Under the pieces are notes generated by a model. It made no database searches and had not been told where the DNA came from. It worked only from the letters and a program-made list of their open reading frames with translations. A stretch of DNA of 64,000 nt from an uncultured Candidatus Saccharibacteria bacterium (GTDB lineage: Bacteria > Patescibacteriota > Minisyncoccia > Phycocordibacterales > UBA1550): contig CAZXOE010000002.1 in NCBI GenBank assembly GCA_964642305.1, positions 50,300 through 114,299 on the forward strand, written 5' to 3'. This document shows, piece after piece, positions 17,299 to 23,616 of the stretch. Position 1 is the stretch's first letter; each line of letters begins with the position of its first letter. The position numbers and the translations under genes are program-made.

Positions 17299-17320
17299 TC
17301 TTTCTGATTTATATCAGAAA
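17299..17320. promoter_or_regulatory. 22-bp perfect palindrome CTTTCTGAT-ttat-ATCAGAAAG in the thyA/dut divergent promoter
   Basis: Perfect 9-bp arms. Paired with the near-identical site at 16237-16258. Confidence 0.45.
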
Positions 17321-17372
17321 GAGCGGGATTGTCAATCTTAAGTTATTTTCACAACATGCTACTATTCTATTT

Positions 17373-17795
17373 ATGAAGGTAGAAATTAAAAAAATAAATG
17401 GTATTGCGAGGCTGCCAATATTTGCAACAAAAGGGGACGCAGGTTTTGATTTGTTTGCTGTTGAGAATAAGATAATAAAAGCAGGTAAGCGTGAATTATT
17501 AGGGACAGGCGTGGCTATAGAAATCCCAGATGGGTACGTGGGTTTAGTTTGGGATAAAAGTGGTATCTCAAATAATTATGGGATAAAGACACTCGGGGGT
17601 GTTATTGATGCAGGGTATCGTGGTGAAGTAAAAATAGGACTAATTAATTTAAGCGACAGCGATTTTTTAATTGAAGCAGGAAACAAAATTGCACAAATGT
17701 TAATTCAAAAAGTAGAACACCCAGAACTTGTTGAGGTTGATGAATTATCAAATACAGAGAGAGGGGAGAATGGTTTTGGTAGCACAGGAAAATAA
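17373..17795 (+). CDS. dut: dUTP diphosphatase
   Basis: KGDAGFDL and GVIDAGYRGEV dUTPase motifs. Start chosen at MKVEIKK. Confidence 0.85.
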   Translation: MKVEIKKINGIARLPIFATKGDAGFDLFAVENKIIKAGKRELLGTGVAIEIPDGYVGLVWDKSGISNNYGIKTLGGVIDAGYRGEVKIGLINLSDSDFLIEAGNKIAQMLIQKVEHPELVEVDELSNTERGENGFGSTGK

Positions 17796-17801
17796 ATATT
17801 T

Positions 17802-18284
17802 ATGACAATTTCAATCATTGCCGCCATGGACAAAAAACGCCTTATTGGCGATGGTAAAAAAATACCGTGGTATTTGCCGGCTGACTTTGCATATTTCAAA
17901 GAGACGACAATGAGCAGGCCTATCATTATGGGAAGCACTACATTTGAGTCGATTGGAAAGCCGTTACCTGGGCGGAAAAATATTGTTCTCACACGAGGAG
18001 AGTTCACACGCGAAGGTGTTGACGTAGCACATTCATTGGAGGAAGCGCTCAAACTAACAAAAGATACTGATGAAGTATTTGTAATAGGTGGAGCAAATGT
18101 TTACACACAAGCACTACCGTTTGCAGACAAATTATACATAACATTTATAGACGGAGAGTTCACGGGGGATACGTTTTTCCCGCAGATTGATTGGTCAGAG
18201 TGGAAAGAGGTCAAAAGCGAGCGCCGCGAACCAGACGAACGCAATGCGTATGCTATGAAGTTTGCAGTTTTTGAACGCATTTGA
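17802..18284 (+). CDS. folA: dihydrofolate reductase
   Basis: ISIIAAMDKKRLIGDGKKIPW...GRKN..LTR is the DHFR signature. Confidence 0.8.
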   Translation: MTISIIAAMDKKRLIGDGKKIPWYLPADFAYFKETTMSRPIIMGSTTFESIGKPLPGRKNIVLTRGEFTREGVDVAHSLEEALKLTKDTDEVFVIGGANVYTQALPFADKLYITFIDGEFTGDTFFPQIDWSEWKEVKSERREPDERNAYAMKFAVFERI

Positions 18285-18314
18285 TAGTGGGTGGAATATG
18301 CTATATTTATTGTC

Positions 18315-19502
18315 ATGAAAGATACTCAAATTGAAAAACTTATCAAAGCTGAGAAAGTACGTCAGAAGAAGGTGGTTAACCTCATCGCGTCAGAAAACAT
18401 CGTTTCAGCAGATGTGCTTAAAGCACTCGGTTCAGAATTGACCAATAAATACGCGGAAGGATATCCGGGCAAACGTTACTACGGTGGCAATGAAGTGATT
18501 GATAAGATTGAAACCCTCGCACAAGAAAGAGCTCTTAAGCTTTTTGATCTAGATTCTAAAAAATGGCATGTGAACGTACAGCCTCTATCTGGTTCACCTG
18601 CAAACCTCGCGGTGTACACGGCGCTCATTCCGCAGGGTGGAAAAATTATGGGTATGAGTCTTACAAATGGTGGGCACCTTACGCATGGACACAAAGCGTC
18701 TGCTACGGGAAAATTTTGGCAACAAATTGCGTTTGGTGTAGATCCAAAAACAGAAGTACTCGACTATGACGCAATAAAGAAAATTGCAACAGAAAACAAG
18801 CCAAATATTATCGTCGCAGGCTTTACTGCGTACCCGCGCGTTGTTGATTACAAAAAGTTTAGAGAGATTGCAAGCGCGTGCGGAGCCTTGCTCATGGTGG
18901 ACATGTCACACACTGCCGGACTCACTGCGGGCGGTGCGTATCCGTCACCATTTCCACATGCGGACATTGTAACGACGACTGTCCATAAGACTCTTCGTGG
19001 GCCTCGCAGTGCGATGATTTTTGTTAAGCGTGAAAAAAATGCAGAAGGAAAAGAATTTGCTGACCTAATAGACAAGGCAGTGTTCCCAGGGTTGCAGGGC
19101 GGTCCACACGAGAACCAAATTGCGGCAGTCGCGGTGGCGCTTCGTGAAGCAAAAACCCCAGCATTCAAAAGTTATGCGAAGCAAGTTGTCAAAAATGCAA
19201 AAGTATTCGCGGATGAACTGCAGAAGCTCGGGTGGAGAGTGATTTCTGGGGGCACTGATAGTCATATGGTGCTAATTGATGTGTGGATGGATGGAAAAGG
19301 TTTGAGTGGGTCAGAGGCAAGTGATCTTTTAGAGAAAGAGGGAATCATTGTAAACAAAAATACTATCCCAGGTGAATCACGATCTGCGTTCGATCCATCT
19401 GGTCTCCGTCTCGGCACAGCAGCAGAAACAACCCGCGGTAAAAAGGAAAAAGATTTCAAGAAGATTGCAGAAAAAATCGATAATATTTTGAGAAAGAAAT
19501 AG
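18315..19502 (+). CDS. glyA: serine hydroxymethyltransferase
   Basis: LIASEN, YAEGYPGKRYYGG, and the PLP-lysine region TTTVHKTLRGPR. Confidence 0.9.
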   Translation: MKDTQIEKLIKAEKVRQKKVVNLIASENIVSADVLKALGSELTNKYAEGYPGKRYYGGNEVIDKIETLAQERALKLFDLDSKKWHVNVQPLSGSPANLAVYTALIPQGGKIMGMSLTNGGHLTHGHKASATGKFWQQIAFGVDPKTEVLDYDAIKKIATENKPNIIVAGFTAYPRVVDYKKFREIASACGALLMVDMSHTAGLTAGGAYPSPFPHADIVTTTVHKTLRGPRSAMIFVKREKNAEGKEFADLIDKAVFPGLQGGPHENQIAAVAVALREAKTPAFKSYAKQVVKNAKVFADELQKLGWRVISGGTDSHMVLIDVWMDGKGLSGSEASDLLEKEGIIVNKNTIPGESRSAFDPSGLRLGTAAETTRGKKEKDFKKIAEKIDNILRKK

Positions 19503-19578
19503 TGAAAAAGGGAGACCGGATCATTAAGGCTTTTGCTTTCTTCGTTTCAGTCTTACGTGGTATCATCTATGTACTAAC

Positions 19579-20211
19579 ATGAAAAAAGCTCCACTTATTA
19601 TTATTGACGGCATTGATGGTTCTGGAAAGACAACGCAGACAGAACTTCTAAAAGAGAGATTGTCCGATGGGCAAGTTATTTTTTCACGTCAGCCTGGAGG
19701 AACACCTCTTTCAGAGGCGATTCGCGACGTGTTTTCTTCCGTTGAGGCCGTGGAAGCGAGCGCCAAGACACAATTTTTTCTCATGTGGGCGTCACGCACA
19801 AACTGGCTTGAAAAAGTTGTAATTCCTAACACAGAAAAGGGGACACCCGTCATTTCCAATCGTGGAGATTCAGCAACTTACGCATACCAAGTATACGCGC
19901 GCGAGGCTCCGGAGCTTGAAGAAGAATTTTGGCGGTTGCGTGATTTTGTTATGGGGAAAAATAAACCAAAGATGCATATCATTATTGATATCTCCGCAAA
20001 GGAGGCGCGTCGTCGTATGAACCTGGACAAAAATCGTGTGAAATCACTTTTTGATATTAAGCCACTGGACTTTCATGAGCGCGCTCGATCGGGATTTAGG
20101 GCGTTCGCAAAAAAATTACCTGGCGAGGTTGTCATAATAGATGGGGAACGCGATAGAGAAGTTATACAAAAAGAAGTATACGAGCTTGTCAGTGACCTTT
20201 GTGGTTTTTAG
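19579..20211 (+). CDS. tmk: thymidylate kinase
   Basis: P-loop IIIDGIDGSGKTTQ. Confidence 0.8.
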   Translation: MKKAPLIIIDGIDGSGKTTQTELLKERLSDGQVIFSRQPGGTPLSEAIRDVFSSVEAVEASAKTQFFLMWASRTNWLEKVVIPNTEKGTPVISNRGDSATYAYQVYAREAPELEEEFWRLRDFVMGKNKPKMHIIIDISAKEARRRMNLDKNRVKSLFDIKPLDFHERARSGFRAFAKKLPGEVVIIDGERDREVIQKEVYELVSDLCGF

Positions 20212-20240
20212 TTTTACGCAGTCGTGGTATGCTCATTTTT

Positions 20241-20522
20241 ATGAATCCCGTTAGAGACCCCTCAGTTATGTATTACACCTATGTTATCGAGAACGATAAA
20301 GGTACATGGTATACTGGAAGTACGGGAGACCTACGGAAACGCTTTAGAGAGCACAACGAAGGGCAGGCCAACATGGACAAAAGGTAAAGGTTTGTGGAAG
20401 GTTATTTATTACGAAGCATGTCTTAATGAGCAAGATGCTCGGTCGAGAGGGATGTATTTAAAATCAAGAATGGGTAAGCGCTATCTAAAAAGTAGACTAA
20501 AGCGTTTCCTGTCTCTAATGGG
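20241..20522 (+). mobile_element. TIR mini-element copy 2 carrying a GIY-YIG nuclease ORF (TIR CCCGTTAGAGAC...GTCTCTAATGGG)
   Basis: Left end ATGAATCCCGTTAGAG is identical to the first 16 nt of copy 1. Right TIR at 20511-20522 abuts the argS ATG at 20523. Confidence 0.55.
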
Positions 20523-20526
20523 ATGA
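20268..20526 (+). pseudogene. GIY-YIG nuclease (YhbQ/UPF0213-like), interrupted by a +1 frameshift
   Basis: Frame 0 gives MYYTYVIENDKGTWYTGSTGDLRKRFREHNEGQ, the GIY-YIG core. Frame +1 continues TKGKGLWKVIYYEA...YLKSR. A 1-nt shift lies near 20370. The ORF track splits it into 20199..20387 and 20281..20526. Confidence 0.55.
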
Positions 20527-22241
20527 AAGAGAAACTAGAATCAATAGTTGCAGAGGCGCTCAAAGCGCTTGGAATTGAAACTGCGACTGTTACAATAGAA
20601 CGCCCCGCCGACATGGCGCACGGCGACTATTCCACCAACGCGGCTCTGGTTTACGGAAAGAAAGCAGGCATTCCACCGCGCGAGTTTGCGGAGAAACTAT
20701 TAGAAAAAATACGAGATGCATCACCATATGACATAGCAAAAATTGAAATCGCCGGCGCTGGGTTCGTCAATTTTTTCATGACCGCTGACGCGATAAGGGA
20801 AGAAAATAAAAAAGAAAAATGCTCTCTCGTCACTAGGTATTCAAAAAAGAATATTCTTGTGGAGCATTCTTCCCCAAATATCTTTAAACCGTTTCATATC
20901 GGGCATTTAATGAACAACATTGTTGGTGAGTTTGTCACAAGGGCAACAATAATAGGTGGCGGAAATGTCACGACTATATCTTTTCCATCAGATGTTTCCC
21001 TCGGGATTGCAAAAGCGGTGTTTGTCCTTCTTGAGGACAAAAAAGAAGGCAGAGATGTATTTGCGCTTTCAGATGAAGAAAAAATAACCGCATTTGGCGA
21101 AGCATACCGAAGGGGTGTGGAGTATTTTGACACGCGCCCCGATGAGAATGAAAAGGCAAAAGAGATAGCGCGCATCATTTATGACAAAGACCATTCATCA
21201 GAAACTCGCGCGTTTTTTGAACGCGCAAAAGAAATCAACACCGCATATCTTATAAAAATAATAAAGGAGCTTGGTTCTGTTATAGACGAGATAATTTATG
21301 AATCTGAGGCAGGTGAAATAGGGCAAGAGATTGTAGAGAAAAACACGGGCGAGGGAAAAGTGTTTGCAAAAAGTGAAGGCGCAGTGGTGTATGTCCCTGA
21401 TCCCGCGCGCAAGGATTTGCACACGCAGGTCTTTATCAACAGCGAGGGGCATCCGACATATGAAGCAAAAGATCTCGGCCTCATTGATTTGAAGTTCTCA
21501 AAATTTGCGCCCGATATTTCGTATTTTGTCACCGACACGGAGCAGGCATCGCATTTTAGGGTTGTGCTCGATGCCGCAGGGAAGCTTGGTGGTGTGTGGC
21601 CGTCGCGCGTAGAAAAAAGCATTCACATCCCGCATGGAAGAATGCTTTTCAAGGGGCAAAAAATGTCGAGCCGTCTTGGGGGTGTGCCGATCGCTCTTGA
21701 TGTTGTTGCAGTGGTGGAGGAAGAAGTAAGAGAGAGAGCAGGGGAGAAAATTGCGCACCTCGGTGCTCTAGAGAAAATGAAGCTGGAGCGTGAGATTGCG
21801 CTTTCTTCCCTCCGTGTGGCGGTCCTTCGTTCAAAGCCAGGTATTAATATTAATTTTGACCCCGAAACATCACTCTCGTTTGAAGGGGACTCAGGTCCGT
21901 ATCTTTTGTATACACACGCACGAACCGCGTCGCTTCTTGAAAAAGGGAAAGAAAAAGGATATGAGCCAACGTTTGCATCTGTGCCAGTAACACTTTTAGA
22001 AAGAGAGCTAGCGCAGTATGAGTTTGTTTTAGGGCAGGCGGTCACCGATCTTCATCCACAAAAATTAGTGACGTATCTTTTTGAAGTAGCGCAACTATTT
22101 AATGGTTTTTATGGAAGTACGCAAATCATCACAGAAGATAAAGAAACATCCGAGCATTACCTCGCCATAGTAAAGCGGCTCAAAGCAGTCCTCAAGGAAG
22201 GCCTCTGGGTGCTCGGCATTTCCGCACCGGAGAAGATGTAG
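20523..22241 (+). CDS. argS: arginyl-tRNA synthetase
   Basis: HIGH motif FHIGHLMN. Class-I ArgRS-like over 572 aa. Confidence 0.9.
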   Translation: MKEKLESIVAEALKALGIETATVTIERPADMAHGDYSTNAALVYGKKAGIPPREFAEKLLEKIRDASPYDIAKIEIAGAGFVNFFMTADAIREENKKEKCSLVTRYSKKNILVEHSSPNIFKPFHIGHLMNNIVGEFVTRATIIGGGNVTTISFPSDVSLGIAKAVFVLLEDKKEGRDVFALSDEEKITAFGEAYRRGVEYFDTRPDENEKAKEIARIIYDKDHSSETRAFFERAKEINTAYLIKIIKELGSVIDEIIYESEAGEIGQEIVEKNTGEGKVFAKSEGAVVYVPDPARKDLHTQVFINSEGHPTYEAKDLGLIDLKFSKFAPDISYFVTDTEQASHFRVVLDAAGKLGGVWPSRVEKSIHIPHGRMLFKGQKMSSRLGGVPIALDVVAVVEEEVRERAGEKIAHLGALEKMKLEREIALSSLRVAVLRSKPGININFDPETSLSFEGDSGPYLLYTHARTASLLEKGKEKGYEPTFASVPVTLLERELAQYEFVLGQAVTDLHPQKLVTYLFEVAQLFNGFYGSTQIITEDKETSEHYLAIVKRLKAVLKEGLWVLGISAPEKM

Positions 22242-22269
22242 GTCAGCAGACTAAAGTAAGCACGCTACT

Positions 22270-23005
22270 AAAGGGGTCAGGTACCTTTGATTTGTGATAT
22301 AGTCTTAGTATATAATACAAACATGCCACGACTACCACGCGTTGATGTTGGAGGAGAAATTTATCACGTCATTAATCGTGCAAATGCACGGTTGCCAATT
22401 TTTTTTAAAGAAGACGACTATAAACTTTTTGAGACAATTATTGAGGAAGCGCAGATTAAATTTGGTATGAGGATTCTCGCGTATTGTTTTATGCCAAATC
22501 ATTTTCATCTTGTATTACATCCAAACAGTGACGGTGATTTGCAGAAGTTTATGCAATGGCTCACGCTTACTCATACTCAACGCTGGCACACAAAAAATGG
22601 AACGACAGGAACTGGACATCTATATCAAGGACGATACAAGTCTTTTCTTGTCCAAGGCGACAGGCACTTACTTACTATTATTCGCTATGTAGAGAGAAAT
22701 CCACTGCGGGCAAAATTGGTCAAGAAAATTGAAAACTGGAATTTCTCAAGCCTCGCTAGGCGACTTTCTGGCAATCCTAAAAAGAATAAATTACTTGAAA
22801 AGTGGCCGATTGAAATGCCAAAGAATTATCTAGCCTTTGTGAACGAACCTATGAATAAAAATGAAGAAGATGTAATCAGGTACTCTGTTAATAGAAGCAA
22901 GCCTTTTGGATCGGACACATGGAGCAGTAGAATGATCGATAAGCACGGGCTAGAGGCGACGATGCGCAACAGGGGAAGACAAATCAAAGGTACCTGACCC
23001 CTTTG
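22270..23005 (+). mobile_element. IS200-like/RAYT unit bounded by 20-bp inverted repeats (AAAGGGGTCAGGTACCTTTG / CAAAGGTACCTGACCCCTTTG)
   Basis: The IRs at 22270-22289 and 22985-23005 are perfect reverse complements. The right IR overlaps the stop codon. Confidence 0.55.
22323..22997 (+). CDS. IS200/IS605-family Y1 (HUH) transposase, REP-associated tyrosine transposase-like
   Basis: HUH motif MPNHFHLVL and a catalytic Tyr region RYVERNPLRA. The TATATAATACAAAC promoter is fused to the ATG. Confidence 0.7.
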   Translation: MPRLPRVDVGGEIYHVINRANARLPIFFKEDDYKLFETIIEEAQIKFGMRILAYCFMPNHFHLVLHPNSDGDLQKFMQWLTLTHTQRWHTKNGTTGTGHLYQGRYKSFLVQGDRHLLTIIRYVERNPLRAKLVKKIENWNFSSLARRLSGNPKKNKLLEKWPIEMPKNYLAFVNEPMNKNEEDVIRYSVNRSKPFGSDTWSSRMIDKHGLEATMRNRGRQIKGT

Positions 23006-23013
23006 CGACATTA

Positions 23014-23049
23014 CCGCCCCGCATGGCTTGCGATATGCGGGGCTTTTTG
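23014..23049 (+). terminator. intrinsic terminator
   Basis: gccccgcat-ggcttgcgat-atgcggggc followed by TTTTT. Confidence 0.6.
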
Positions 23050-23116
23050 TGATATAATGCTTGTATATATTATGTATGTGTCTGCCCGTTAATTTTAATA
23101 ATTTATCCATCATCAT

Positions 23117-23497
23117 ATGAAAGAGAAAACACCAAAAACAAAAGAGAAAGAAAGTGGCATCGACATGCTTGCTCGTATGATGAAGCATGGTTTTGACCGC
23201 GTGGACAAACGGTTTGATGGTGTGGACAAACGGTTTGATGGTGTAGACAAACGTCTAGATGGTGTAGACAAACGTCTAGATGGTGTAGACAAGAGACTCA
23301 ACTCACTGGAGGCTGGGCAAAGCTCTATTGTTCAAGAAGTACTCGCTCTTAATCGTGCCCAAGAAGAAACCAATCGTCGCCTGACCTCAATAGAAAGGAA
23401 GCAGACAGGCATTCTTTCGAGCCTAGACGAGACGGTTACACGAAGTGAGTTTCGGGTGCTTGCAAACAAGGTCGCGGTTTTAGAAAAGAAGCGTTAA
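23117..23497 (+). CDS. small coiled-coil protein with five tandem heptad repeats (DGVDKRF/L)
   Basis: 5 x 21-bp tandem repeats (gatggtgt[ga]gacaaacg...) at 23193-23297. The rest is predicted alpha-helical and charged. Confidence 0.5.
   Translation: MKEKTPKTKEKESGIDMLARMMKHGFDRVDKRFDGVDKRFDGVDKRLDGVDKRLDGVDKRLNSLEAGQSSIVQEVLALNRAQEETNRRLTSIERKQTGILSSLDETVTRSEFRVLANKVAVLEKKR
23193..23297 (+). repeat. 5 x 21-bp tandem repeat (in-frame heptads)
   Basis: Direct reading of the near-identical 21-mers. Confidence 0.8.
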
Positions 23498-23616
23498 GCT
23501 AGTTATCCACACTTTCACACTGTATAGCTTGCGTTGCGCGGGGCTCTTCTGTGGTACAATAAACATATTATAAATGTTTTTAGCGCGCCCGCTGTCCGTT
23601 ATTTATTAAATTACAA

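Noticed and set aside
20199-20526. Two separate small genes (20199..20387 and 20281..20526) as given by the ORF track
   Set aside because: The two frames encode the N- and C-terminal halves of one GIY-YIG domain joined by a +1 shift. The first 23 codons of 20199..20387 run through the element's TIR and are not GIY-YIG-like. Treated as one interrupted gene starting at 20268.
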